Shown: positions 26,608 to 40,636, counted from the first letter of the stretch. The stretch: DNA of 64,000 nucleotides from Ginglymostoma cirratum (GCA_024137785.1 JAHRHZ010000166.1:761367-825366); one strand, 5' to 3'. The notes: generated by a model not told the origin, from the letters alone. Made by a program: numbers and translations.

Positions 26608-29600
26608 TAGACCATAAGCCCATAAGACATAGGAGTGGAAGTAAGGCCATTCGGCCCATCGAGTCCACTCGGCCATTTAATCATGGCTGATCGGCATTTC
26701 AACTCCACTTACCCACATTCTCCCCGTAGCCCTTAATTCCTTGCGATAAAGAATTTATCAATCTCTGCCTTGAAGACATTTAACGCCCTGGCCTCCACAG
26801 TGCTCCATGGCAATGAATTCCACAGGCCCACCACTTCCTGGCTGAAGAAATGTCTCCTCATTTCGGTTCTAAATTGACACCCTCTAATTCTAAGGCTGTG
26901 CCGACTGGTCCTAGTCTCTCCGCCTAAAGGAAACAACTTCCCAGCGTCCACCCTTTCGAAGCCATGCATTATCTTGAAAGTCTCTATCAGATCTCCCCTC
27001 AACCTTCTAAACTCTAACGAATACAATCCCAGGATCCTCAGCAGTTCATCGTATGTTAGGCCTACCATGCCAGGGACCATCCGTGTGAACATCCGCTGGA
27101 TGCGGTCCAGTGCCAGTATGTCCTTCCTGAGGTGTGGGGCCCAAAATTGGCCTGTATTATAAAGTTCTAGTTAGGCCCCATTTAGAAAGTCTCAGAAGCA
27201 CATCGCTGCTTTTATATTCCAACCCTATTGAGATAAATGACAACATTACGTTCGCTTTCTTAATCACGGACTCAACCTGCAAGTTAACCTTCAGAGAATC
27301 CTGGACTAGCACTACCAGATCCCTTTGTACTTCGGCTTTATGAATTTTCTCACCGTTCAGAAAAAAGCCCATGCCTGTATTTCCCGCACCCCCCCCCCAC
27401 CCCCCAAAGTGCAAGACCTCACATTTGCTCAAGTTGAATTTCATCAGCCATTTCCTGGACCACTCTCCTAAACTGTCTAAATAATTCTGCAGCCTCCCCA
27501 CCTCCTCTGTACTACCTGCCTGTCCACCTAACTTCGTATCATCGGCAAACCTCGCCAGAATGCCCCCAGTCCCTTCATCTAGATCATTAATACATAAAGT
27601 GAACAGCTGCGGCCCCAACGCTGAACCCTGAGGGACACCACTTGTCACCGGTTGCCAATCCGAAAAAGAGCCTTTTATCCCAACTCTCTGCCTTCTATCA
27701 GACAGCCAATCCTCAATCCATGCCAGTAGCTCACCTCGAACACCATGGGCCCTCACCTTACTCAGCAGCCTCCCGTGAGGCACATTATCAAAGGCCTTTT
27801 GGAAGTCTAGATAGATAACATCCACTGGGTTTCCCTGGTCTAACCTACTTGTAACCTGTTCAAAGAATTCTAACAGGTTTGTCAGGCACGACCTCCCCTT
27901 ACTAAATCCATGCTGACTTGTTCTAATCCGACCCTGCACTTCCAAGAATTTAAAAGTCTCATTCTTAACGATGGATTGTAGAATTTTACCAACAACCGAG
28001 GTTAGGCTAATCAGCCTATAATTTTCCATCTTTTGTCTTGATCCTTTCTTAAACAAGGGGGTTACAACAGCTATTTTCCAACCATCTGGGACTTCCCCTG
28101 ACTCCAGTGACTTTTGAAAGATCACAACCAACGCCTCCGCTATTTCCTCAGCCACCTCCCTCAGAACTCTAGGATGTAGCCCATCGCGGCCAGGAGATTT
28201 ATCAATTTTTAGACCTTTTAGATTTTCTAGCACTTTCTCTTTTGTAATGCCTACCATACTCAACTCTGTCCCTTGACTCTCCTTAATTGTTGGGATATTA
28301 CTCATGTCTTCCACTGTGAAGATTGATGCAAAACACTTAACTTCTTCAGCTATTTCCTTATCTCCCATCACTAGCATTCCAGCATCAGTTTGGAGCGGCC
28401 CAATGTCTACTTTTGCCTCTCGTTTGTTTCTTATGTATTGAAAGAAACTTTTACTATCATTTCTAATATTACTGGCTAGCCTACCTTCATATTTGATCCT
28501 CTCCTTCCTTATTTCTCTTTCTTATCCTGTTTATTCTTGTACCCTTCCCAATCTTCTGATTTCCCAGTGCTCTTGGCCACTATATAGGCTGTCTCTTTTT
28601 CTTTGATACATTTCCTGACTTCCTTTGTCAGCCATGGTTGTCTAATTCCATCCCACCCCCCCCCGGATAATCTCTTTTCTTTGGGATGAACCTCTGTACT
28701 GTGTCCTCAATTACACACAGAAACTCCTGCCATTGTTGCTCTGTCTTCCCCACGAGGCTCTGCTTCCAGTCGATTTTCGTCAGTTCCTCTCTCATGCCCC
28801 TGCAATTACCTTTATTTACCTGTAACACCATTACATCCGATTTTGCCTTCTCTCTTTCAAACCGCAGACTGAACTCTACCATATTATGATCGCTGCCTCC
28901 TAAGTGTTCCCTTACTTTAAGGTCTTTTATAAAGTTGGGCTCATTACATAGCACTAAGTCCAGAATAGACTGTTCCCTTGTGGGCTCCATCACAAGCTGT
29001 TCCAAAAAGCCATTCTGTAAAAATTCCATGAATTCCCTTTCTTTGAATCCACCAGCAATATTATTCACCCAGTCCACCTGCATATTGAAGTCCCCCATTA
29101 TCACAGTGACCTTGCCTTTCTGACATGCCCTATCTATTTCCCGGTGCATCTTGCGCCCCTGGTCCTGACCACTGTTAGGAGGTCTGTACATAACTCCCAT
29201 TATGGTTTATTTGCCTTTGTAGTTCCTCAACTTCACCCACACAGACTCCACATCATCTGACCCTATGTCATTCAGAGCTATTGATTTAATTTCATTCATA
29301 AACTAACAAGGCAACCCTGCCCCCTCTGCCCACCTCCCTGTCTTTTCGATAAGTTGTCAATCCTTGGATGTTTAACTGCCAGTCCTGAACCCCCTGCAAA
29401 CACATCTCAGTGATGCCTACCACATCATAATCATTCATGATGATTTGTGCCGTTAATTCATCTACTTTGTTACGAATACTACGAACATTTAGGTCAAGTG
29501 CCTTAATTCTAACTTCCTTATCATTATTCGAGATATTGGAAATCATAAGATGTCCTAAGTTATCCTTCCTTTTTGTTACATTCCTTGTCTGCCTCGAGCT

Positions 29601-31120
29601 TAACACACCTGCTCACATGCTATCCTACTGCTTATCTTTCTATTTAACTCCATACTCCCTGTTGCTTTCGCTTTCCCTTCCCCCCGACTCAGAAGTTTAA
29701 AGTCCTGCTGACCACCCTGCTTATTCTTTTCGCTAGAACACTGGTTCCAGATCGGTTCAGGTGGAGACCATCCTAACTATAACAGATTCCCCTGGTTCCA
29801 AAACTGATGCTAATGCCCCATTAAATGGAATCCGTCTTCCCCACACCAATCCCTTAGCCACGTGTTTGCTTCCCTAACTTTCTTATCCCTATGCCAATTG
29901 GCACATGGCTCGGGCAGTAATCCGGAGATTATGACCTTTGAGGACCTGTACTTCAATTTCCTTCCTAATGCTTGATAATCCCTCAACAGGTCCTCTACCC
30001 TGGCTTTGCCTGTGTTGTTAGTCCCAACGTGGACCACGACAACTGGGTCCTCCCTCTCCCGCTCCAATATCCTTTCAAGCCAGTCGGAGATGTCCTGCAC
30101 CGTGGCACCAGGCAGGCAACACACCATGCGGGACTCCCGATCTGGCCTGCATAGGATACTATCTGTTCCCCCTAATTATAGAATCCCCTATAACAACTAT
30201 AGTTGTTTCTGCTCCCCCCTCTTGAATGGCCTTCTGCACCATGGTGCCGTGGTCAGCTGGCTCATCCTGTCCACAGCCCTTTCTCTCATCCGTACAGGGA
30301 GCAAGAATCTCATGCCGATTGGACAAGGTCAAAGTCTGCGGCTCCTGCACTCCTGAACTCAGAATCCCCCTACCTGCCTTACTTACAGTCACACACTGTT
30401 GTCCCTGAACACGTATTGAATTGGAATTTCTTAATCTACCGGGTGTTTCTGCCTCCTGAAACAAAGTGCCCAGGTAACTCTTCCCCTCACGGATGTGCCG
30501 TAGAGTTTGAAGCTCAGATTCCAGATCATTAATTCTGATCTGGAGTTCTTCCAGCAACCAACATTTGCTGCAGATGTTGTCGCTGACATTCACAATGGGA
30601 TCAGCCAGCTCCCACATCATATAGCTACAACACATCACCTGTCCAGCCATAACTACTTATTTAATTAACTTTTACAATTTACGTATTAAATACTTTCCTG
30701 TACTTCTCTGCTGCGGTCTTATTCAATTAACCAATTAAACTTTTAATCAATCACACAATACAGAAGAAATATAAATTGAAAAGCCTTACCTTAGCAACAC
30801 AAGAGAGTCCTTCTTGGTTAGAGCTCCCGCTCTTCCTGCTACTGGAAGGAAAATAGAGGGCTCCGCCGGTCGAGGTAAGTTTTTTAAACCTTAAAGCGGT
30901 GACTCACCTTCCCTGTGGGCCCCTGATCGACGCTCCCGCCCTTCCTGCTGCGAGTCTGTGTATTCTTAATTAAGTTACAGGTGGAGGGTGGGTGGGAGGC
31001 AGGCGGTCCTGTGTCGCACCTGGGGCTTAGAAAACACACACTTAAATAGCAATCACTTGCCTTCCCAACACACCTCTCTGCTCCGACCTTACTTCCGCCC
31101 AGCTCCCGCCGCTCTCTGCT
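26608..31120 (-). mobile_element. Near full-length CR1 LINE (ORF1 zinc finger/esterase, ORF2 APE-RT)
   Basis: ORFs 30159-30650 (IVVIGDS), 29810-30127 (VHVGTN), 28628-29606 (APE), 27157-28377 (PQGSALGP, FADD); possible TSD catgtta. Confidence 0.95.
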
Positions 31121-31299
31121 GCATGTTAACTCATGTTACCACGTCAAATATAAAAGCAAGGGTGTTCCATGTTTCTCAAGTTCACATGGTTTGATTTCGG
31201 TAAATATTTCACCTTTCAGAAAATATACCATTCGCTAGAGCTGTCAATTAAATTGAGAAACATTTGCAGAAGGAAGGAAATGCAAATAGAATCTAATTG

Positions 31300-34200
31300 T
31301 GGTCACATTCCAGCTGTGCGTGGTTAGCGAGGATAGATCCCATCTGGAGTGAGAGGCAGCCAAGGTAAATTGAAGCTGAGGATCGGGGCCCAGCACAAAA
31401 GAAACAGAAACATCTCAGCAAGACCATAAGTACGTTAGTTGGTAATAGCTATAAATTTCATGTCCATTGAAAGTTACTTCCACACTAAAATTAAATTGGG
31501 GAGTTATTTACAGGTTTCAAGCTAAACGAACAGTAGGAAAATACAAAAAAAAAGTAAACAAATAGAGATGCGGGTCAAGTGTTGTATTGTAGTTCCATGT
31601 TGTAGGAGCTGATGGATTTCATTGTGGTTCATGGTGGTCTAATCTGGAGAAAATGTTTGTTGTTTACTGGACCCTGAGCGTCAAACACTGCGACACATCA
31701 GGGAAGGGACAAAGTTACCTGGACGTGGTGGTTCAGGAGACAGTCATACCCCTTAAATAAACTAGCTCATCTGCGGTCTGTGGTGAGAGACACAAGTGTG
31801 TAACTAAGAGCAAGGCAGGGAAAGGGATCTATGTGGTATTGCTAAAGGATACTGAGGACTTGAATTTGTCTAACAGGTTTGATATTGTCATTCCTTGTGT
31901 GGACAACAGCGAGGCCTGCAGGGATGGTGAGCAAAATGACCATAACACCAGTGTAATGGGAGACATTCAAAATATGTGAGAAAAGGCAAATGTAGTTGGA
32001 ATTGGAGGTAGTGTAACCTGGGATAGACACTGTTCTCCATGGCCAGGATGGAGAATCCCGAAGGCTCTGGTGCCTGCCTGATGCTTCTGTTCATGATATC
32101 TCATCTGGGCTGAAGAGTAACATAGAGTGGGAGGAGAATGATCTAGTCGTCTTGATCCACATAAATTCCAACAATAGAGGTAGAAAGATTAGAGGTCTGT
32201 TGGAAAAATATGAGCAGCTAGGAGCTGAATTAAAAAATAGAACCAAAAAAGTAATAATCTGAGAAATACTGCCTGAGCCACATGATCTTGGCACAAGATC
32301 AAAAAGATCAAAGAGATAGACATGTCACTGAAAAATCGCTGAGGGAGAAACAGACTTGAATTCATGGAACATTGGTAGCAGTACTTGCAAAGGAGAAAGC
32401 TCTTCTGATGGGACATCTCCACCTCCATGATCTCGGATTAGAGTTCTGGCGAAACGCATTATTATGGTTATCAACAGGGCTTTAACTGAAATAGTAGCGT
32501 ATGGGGTTGTGGGTTTGGTTGCATGTAAAATCAGAAATAGACTTAAGCAGGGGAGGGTTCGGAACAAATTGTTAAATTAGGACATAGAGGATGGAAACGG
32601 TCAGGAATCTAACTTCCGGCACTTCAGATAAGAAAGCAACTATAAGAAGGGTTGGGGTTGTGATCGATGAAGGCTTGAAGGTATAGCTGCAACGGATTCA
32701 GGGATGGGATCTAAATATCCAAGAATACACATCTGAATGACAGGCAGAGAAGTGGGGATTGTTTTGGTAGTAAGAAACGAAGTTAAATAAATAGCAAAAT
32801 GCGATGGAAGGTGTAGAATATGCTTGGGTAGAGCTGAGGAACCACAAAGGGAAAAAAGAAGACTGTGATGAGATTTATTTCAAGCCTCACTACAGTAGTC
32901 AGGATATGGGGCATAATATGAATCAGGAGTTGTAAAGGCATGCAAGAAAGCTATTATTGCTTTTGTCATCAGAGTTTGCAAAATGCAGCTGGACTGTAAA
33001 AATCAGATTGGGAATGAAGAAGATTTGATTGATGACATATTTGAAGGATCACCTCAGGATCAGTGGCCATAATATGATAGAATTGACCCTGTAGTTTGAG
33101 AGGTTGTTTCTTGAATCAGATGCAATGCTATTACAATTGACTAAAATTAACTGCAAAGACTTAAGTGAGGGAGGCGGTGGCCAGGGTTGTCTTGAAAGGG
33201 CGACGAGCAGGAAGACTGTGGAGCAGCAATGGCAGGAGTTTCTGAGTGTAATTCAGAGGCACAGTAGAAAATCATCCCAAGGAAGAAGCAATATTATAAT
33301 GGGAGGTAGAAGCAATCAAGGCGAACAAGAGAAATAAGAGACAGCATAAAAGTAAAAGAAAAGGCATACATTGTGTTGAAGATTAGTAGGAAGCCAAAGG
33401 GTTGGCATGGCTTTAAAAATCAAAAAAAATTCAGAAAATGAAGGAGAAGATAAAATATGAGAATACACTGGGAATAAACTAATATGAACGAAGCGTGTAA
33501 GAGATTTTTAAAAATATATACATACATGTAATATAAATCAGAGGGGAGAGTAAACTGCTGGAAAACGAGGTTAGAGAAACAGTGATGGGGACCAAAGAAA
33601 TGGTGAAGGAATTGAACAGATATTTTTCGTCAGTGTTTACTGTGAAAGATGCCATTACATTCCAGAACTTCAACAGAGCCAGGGTTCGGAGTTGACAGCA
33701 GTGGCTGGCCATAACATGGGAAGCTGAAGGGTCTGAAAATGGACAAATAGCCCGTGCCAGATAAATGGCAACCCAGGGATCTGAAGGTGATCCCTGAGAG
33801 GATTCTGGAGGCATTGGTAGTGATATTCCAGTAAACACTGCAGAAAGGTAGCGTGTCTGAAGATTGGAAAATAACTAATGTAACTCTCCTGTTTAAGAAG
33901 TGTGGTAAACAGAACATTTTCGAGTCCACTATTAAGGATGAGATTGTTGAGTACTTGGAATTGTATGTTAGAAATAGGTCCGAGTCAGCTTGTCTTCATC
34001 AAGGGGACCTCATGTTCACAAATTTGTCAGAATTTCGTGAGGAGGTATCGAGCAGTTGAGACAGAAAAGAGCAGTGGACGTGATCTATTTGCATGTCCAG
34101 GGAGATCTGACAAGGTGTCACATGGGTTGCTGCTATGTAAGGTAAGTGTGCATGCTGTTGGGGGCATGGTACTGGAAAAGACAGAGGAATCGCTGACTGG

Positions 34201-34560
34201 CAAAAGGCAGAGAATGGGGATAAAGAATTCTTCATCAGGATAGTAGCTGATGATTAGTGGACCTCTATGGGGGTCGTTTCAGACTAAAATATATATTCAT
34301 GTTATACATTAATGATCTGAAGGAACTGAGGACAGTCACTAAGTTCACGGATGACACAGAGCTAGGTGGAGGGACAGTGAGTGTTGAGGAAACAAGGAGG
34401 CTCAAGAAGGACTTGCACACGTTTGTAAGTAGGCAAAGAAGTGGCAAATGGAATGCAATTTGGAAAATAAAACAGGAGATTATTCACTTTGGTAAGAAGC
34501 ATAAAGTGTAGACTATTTTCTAAACATGGTGAAGGTTTTGCAAATCTGAAGTACAAAGGT
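31300..34560 (+). mobile_element. Old, degenerate CR1 LINE
   Basis: Fragments EDWKITNVTLLFKK, KFTDDT; ORF1-like remnant about 31570-32480. Confidence 0.8.
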
Positions 34561-34564
34561 ACTA

Positions 34565-35012
34565 AGGCTTTGGAGTAGATCTGTAGCTCAGGGTGTGGGT
34601 GCTGAGGTTGGTTGGCTCAATGAGGCAATTTGCTGTTCCTCAGATGTTTCGTTACCATGTTTGGTGACATCCTCTGTGCAGCCTCCGATGAAGCATCAGT
34701 GTGTTTCCCCGCCTGGTTTTTAAACTCTGGGGTCCATTGAGATGGATTGTTTCACTTCCGGGTTTCCTTTGTAGTGGAATGTATATGGGGTGGAGGTCAA
34801 TGTGTTTAATAGCATGCTTCGTGGGAGTGCCATGTTTCCAGGAATTCTTGTGCTTGTCTCTGCCTAGCCTGTCCCAGGATCTTGGTGTTGTCCCAGTCGA
34901 AATCATGGTTCTCCTTGTCCATGTGGATTGAGATGAGTGGTTAAGGTGTTAATGAACACCAACTGGCTACAAAAAGACACGACCAATACTCACTCATCTC
35001 AATCTACACGGA
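34565..35012. mobile_element. Penelope-like GIY-YIG fragment with inverted piece
   Basis: Minus strand AIKHIDLHPIYIPL; 34908-34940 is inverted relative to 34985-35013. Confidence 0.55.
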
Positions 35013-35015
35013 CAA

Positions 35016-35560
35016 CCAGCAGCAATCTTACACTTGTATCTGTAGTTTCCATCAAGCTATTTTTAGCGTCAATACGTAATTTCCCTTATTTTGCATTTCC
35101 CGATGATCCAGGTTAAAAAAGAACGAAACAAGTTAGTGTGATTCTCACTGTGAGAACTTCAACTGTAGACAGTAAATGTTACTAATCTCTCTCTGTTGCT
35201 TCAACTTCTGCCATGTTAAGTTTTGTTACAACCACTTGGATACTTTTAGGGCACGATCTATGGCGAATTCGATCATGTAGAATATTACGTTGTTGTTTTC
35301 TACTTTATCAACATTATATTTTTAACAAAACTAAATTATGACAGTATACCAAATTTACAGCTCTTGCGACTATTGTCTGAAAGAAACTCGGGAGTTCAGC
35401 TAATCTTCCAGGACAATATTCTACCAAACTGGTGAAAATATGATGATTATGTAATTATTGTTTGCAGGCTGTTTCTTGATGCAAAATTGTCCATCAATTC
35501 TCCGAGATTGAAAAGATACTGCAAAAGTTTCTTTCTTTCTTTTTCTTTCTTCCTTTCTTC
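35016..35560 (+). pseudogene. Copy B: orphan promoter, leader (35172-35214, ATG>GTA) and intron 1
   Basis: Aligns with about 40470-41060 (cagcaatctta, caggttaaaaaagaa, gtgtgattctcac..gtgagaac, donor gttaag, intron blocks); no V exon found downstream. Confidence 0.75.
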
Positions 35561-37119
35561 TATTTATCTACCTACCTACCTACCTCCCTATATCACATAA
35601 TTTTTACCACCTCTGAAGTTGGAATTTGAAACTCTACCCAAGATCATTAGCCTAGAACACTGAATTATTTGCATACTTATCATTGCCAATTGAACAAAAA
35701 AGAACTAATATTGATAGTATACATAGAAGAGGAAAATAATTTATCTCGTGATTATTCAGCTTAACATAATAATTAATTTTGTTAATTTTGTTAATAAACA
35801 ATTACTTAACATTGCGTACATCAATGTATCTTAACACGTGACCTTAAAAGAAAATGATATATTTTGAATTTTCCACGTATTGGGTGAGATGGTTGATTTC
35901 AGAAATAACTTAAGTTATCTTAAACCACATGATAATTTTTGAATTTATGGTTTCATTCATTATGGTGCATATTGACCAGTCTTTTCATGTTATTCCCCAC
36001 GACTTAGATGCAAGGTCGGCAATTTAGCGATGTATTTGACTTCAGTCCACTGCAACACAAATGCCCATCTGGTGGTTGGTTCTCTCAGTTGTCTGGATGC
36101 CTGACTTGTGATGAAAAATACCACAGATAGCACAGCTCTGGCTGAGCTTTCCATGCAGAAGTCATCTCCTTGGCATGATCCATTGCCTGAGGCGTGGTGA
36201 CCTTCAATTCTCCCAGTTGTCTCTGTGTAGTGAGAGAACAGTCCTCTGGGACTAAGGTGACTATGCTTGCTCTCATTTGCCAATAACAACTTAGGATTAT
36301 TTCTTCCTGTGCATTTTTCCCACTTAATAGAAAACCTATGGAGTCAGAGTCAAGAATCCATAAAGTAGCGAGGAGGACCTTTGTTTGATCGCGTCTCTGC
36401 TGACACATCTAACGTAATCCCACTCTCCTGCACTTAGACCACAGCCTTGACTGTAATCAGACAGGATCATTAAAATATTTTCAAATGTTTGAGAGGTTGC
36501 TTGCCTCTACTGCGCTCGAGGGACTGCTTTCAAGATTTACATCACCTTCTGGGTGAAAAAAAGCCTAACATCATCTGTAAACCTCCTTCCCTTTGCCTTA
36601 ATGTCATGATCGATCGTTACTGACCTTTTAACAACGGGGAACCACTAGTTTCTATGCATTCTGTCCATGTTGTTGATAATCTTGAGCAACTCAATCACAT
36701 AGTGCCACCAAACTTCTCTCCTCTTAAAAAAAATCACCCAATCCTATCCAGCCTCTTTTCAAAGCTAAAATGCTCCAACCTAGCCAAAATCCTGGTGAAT
36801 CTCTTCTTCACTCCCCTCAGTTCACTTCCATCCTTCTTCGAGTGTGGCTACTGAAATTGCATCCACTTCACCAGCTATGCTCAAAGCAAAGCACCTCCAA
36901 AGTAGGTAGACATACAGGAGGCTGGAGGAACACAGCATAGTAGGCAGCATCTGGAGGAGAGGAACAAACAACGTTTCGGGTATTAAACTTCTTCAGGAAT
37001 ACCAGAAACGTTGACTGCTCCTTTCCTTCCAAAGTTGAATGATTGCTGTGTTCTTCCATCCTCTGGTTTGTCTACCTGGATTCCAGCATCTGCATTTGGT
37101 TTTGTCTCAGCTACAACAT

Positions 37120-37450
37120 AGAACTGCTACAATGTGTAAAGACGCCATCCAGACCATTGAATCTGCAATAACCCTCAGAACTGCATTCTGCCCAGACTTC
37201 CACTGTACCGTGTAACCCCACTTTTACCATGCCTAATCCACCCAGCCCACATATCTGTAAACACTACAGTATGACCAAAACTGCATATCTTTGGATGTTG
37301 TGAGAAAACCAGGCCACCTGGAGAAAATCTAGGTAGACATGAGGAGAACGTGCAAACTTCACGCAGACAGTCACCTGAGGCTTGGGTCAAACCTGGATAC
37401 CTGACACTGTACAGCAACAGCACGAACCGATGACTCACTACACTACCCCG
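37120..37450 (-). mobile_element. HE1-type SINE
   Basis: Similarity to the other copies. Confidence 0.7.
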
Positions 37451-38632
37451 ACAAAGCCTTCTTGCTCTTATAAACTATGTCATGACTAATACGTGAAACA
37501 TATGTGAACTACATTTTTTTTACTCGTGGATTAGTTTCACTCTGTGCGTTCATTATCATATCGGATTAATAAATCTAACAGTTTTTAATGCCCTCTACTA
37601 TGCAATATCAGGAATTGATGGCACGGTTATTTAAATATTTACTGTAATACCTTCGACATTTCAATAAGCTGCATGGATCAATCCCACCTTCCAAGTTTAC
37701 ACTTGTTATTATTCTCTTGTCCATTTGTTATCATGTTCAATAAAAAACGCATCATACATTTATTCCCCTGATATAATGATATCAAGCTGAATGAAACAGT
37801 TCAATCAAACTATATGTACCGGTGCATAATTTTCAAATTTTAACGTAATAGCTTTTGGATATATCTGAATTATGAATATGTTAATCATATCTGATAAATG
37901 GTTAGAATCAAATCGTATAACATAATTCACAAGCGCACATAGATTGACAATGAGTTTATTTTATATTTGAACTTGGTAATGCAAACATACAGGTATAGGT
38001 TACCAGTGCATAAGGTGCTTAGTTATATCTTAGAATGATGCCCGTGGAATCAGTCTCTATTACAAAAGTTAGAAATGCAAACTTTACATTCAATGGCATA
38101 TGGAGCTAAATGCGAGCAAATATGTACATGTGTTAATATCTGCAACTAATCATGCGTTATCCTTTGCATGTTTTCAGCAAACTCAAAATAACATTCAATG
38201 CAAAATTAAATCACTGTTAGTTATTAGCTAAACACTATTGAGTCTAAATAATTAATAATAAACCTATATATCTCTACTTTGTAATTTTATTTGAACAGCC
38301 AACTGTGCATTTAATGTATGCGATTGAAACTGAAGCTAAAACAAATGCTAATTGTACATTTATGTCACTGTGCATTGGCTCTCAAGACCAAATTAGGGAT
38401 CATCTGTCCCTTTATACTACAGGGGACTCATTACCACAACGAATGGAGCAATAGATTCATTTTCTCAGACAAGATGTGAATACTTGACCAATTGTGTGTT
38501 ACTTAGTTTCTCTACGCAATATTCATCACTAGAAACACAGACATATATCAAACAAGAGCATGAACCTACCATACGGCCCTTCAGGCCTGCTCTATCATTC
38601 AATATGTTTGTGGATAATCATCCCACCTAGTT

Positions 38633-38920
38633 TGGGTGGCTTGGTGGCTCACTGGTTAGCACTGTTACCTCACATCACCAGGGACCCGGGTTCGATACTA
38701 CCTTCAGGTATCTGCTGGTGTGGAGTTTGCACGTTTTCCCTGGGTTTGCTCTGGTTTCCTCCCACATCCAAAAATGTGCCAGTTAGGTGGATTGGCCATG
38801 TTCAGTTGCCCGTAGTGTTTAGGGAGGTGTGGGTTGGCGGGGTGAGACTGGGTGGGATGCTCTGAAGTTCAGTGTGGACTTGTTGGGTGGAAGGGCCTGT
38901 TTCCACACTGTAGGGATTCT
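38633..38920 (+). mobile_element. HE1-type SINE
   Basis: tggctcactggttagc..gggttcgata; shared tail. Confidence 0.8.
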
Positions 38921-40605
38921 AATATCTTGTTCCTGCCTTCCCCCTTGACCTGTCAGGCCAAAGAGCTGTCGTTAACTTATTTAATTCATTCTATGAGTTT
39001 ACCTAAGCACTTTACTGTGGCAAAGAATCCCACGGGCCCACCAGTCCTTCAGTGAAAAAAAAGGCACTGCATCTCAATCCTAAATGGCCTGCACTGTATC
39101 CTTGGACTGTGAACCCTGGTTCTGGAGCACCTGGTCATCACGAGCATCCTTCTTGCGTTTATCCTGTCTCATCCTTCTGGAAATGTAGAGGTTTTTAAAT
39201 GAGATCTTCCCCTTATTCATCTAAACTCTAATGAATGCCATACTAACAAATCTTGATTGTGTTCAGATGTCATTCCTGCCATCCCAGGGATCATTATTCA
39301 ATTCAACAAGTTCTAGTAATGTTTTGGCCCTTTGTACAATGCCTTATTTCTCGACTCATTGCTACTTCAACTTATAACTAACCGTCGGCTTCTCACCCAA
39401 GTTTTAGTTATCAAAACCACGATTCTTTAAAATATATATGTTAACAGGACAGTCCTCCTCGCCCAGTCTCAAAGTATAAACGTAAATGTATGCAAGTACG
39501 TAGCTGCCACAAGCAATTTAGTAAATTATTCACTTAAACAAATCATAACCGATCGATACTTCAATTGCAATTAGTATTATTTGCTGTAAGCCAAAAGGAA
39601 ATGGATTTAATCATCCGCTTGGATGTTCCAGTTGAATTTGAGATACTTGCTTCTTTGATGTCGATGCGAAGCAACAGCAAGGAGATAAAACGTAGAGGGG
39701 AGGTAAGACAGGTCTGTATTTATGTCACAAAGAAAAGTCAAAATGCTTTATAATCGAGGATGTAAAATCTGAAATACAATCACTGTTCTAATACAACGCT
39801 CTTGGCAGCAAATGTTTGCAAAACTATGTCTCACAGTGATGTGTAAACAATCGGAGTTTTACTCGCAGTGATGCAACTGAAGAAAATCACCCGCACTTTT
39901 CGAGAAAACAGTTCCCATGTGATATTTTATGTTTACCTTGAAGGAGAAAAGTACGTCTAAAATTACGTCCCAACAGAATGAGGGTACGACATTCCTGCAG
40001 CACAGATCCTGCAACTGAGTTTTTCACTACAATTAAAACTCGTGAGGTGTGCCGTGAAGTAGAATCCTTTGCCTTCGAAATGATGCTGCTGACCACTTAG
40101 CGAAGGTTGAAGTGTGAGAAAAAGGAGCAGATATGAGAGGTAGTGAAGAGTTAGTATAATCATTCTTGGATGAGAGGTTGCAGAGACATAAAAAAAGAAA
40201 CTTTTCCTGTACAAAATTCTGAGGATCTCTTTTTTACGTATGTGGGTTGATGTTGTAATTACCTTCTGGACCGTATAAAGCACGTAGAACGGGAGAATTT
40301 GCTCCTGACCAGACGAATGAGAGCTGCATCAAGCTGTGTTAAATTGAGTAAGAAGAAGCCTGTTATTATTTTGAACAACAACACACTCTTCAAATGTGTT
40401 AAAAGAAAACGATGAGCAATTACCATTTACAGACAGTCTGTATGTGCAAACTTGATGTGTAAACAGGAAACCCACAGCAATCTTAAAAAAAAGTTCAATA
40501 GTTTCCATTGTGCTATAGATTGAAAGGCATTACCGCAAGAATGCATTTCACCTTGTGATACCTCAAAATACAGGTTAAAAAAGAAAAAGAATGCAGTCAG
40601 TGTGA

Positions 40606-40621
40606 TTCTCACAAGTGAGAA
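40606..40621. promoter_or_regulatory. Conserved palindrome TTCTCAC-aa-GTGAGAA 15 nt upstream of the ATG
   Basis: Also present at 35142-35156 in copy B; contains a TGTGAGAA CSL/RBPJ-type site. Confidence 0.4.
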
Positions 40622-40636
40622 CGTCACCCACAGGCA

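Noticed and set aside
39963-40170. Small secreted peptide ORF (MIILTLHYLSYLLLFLTLQPSLSG..) on the minus strand
   Set aside because: Hydrophobicity is explained by a pyrimidine tract; odd number of Cys and no family resemblance.
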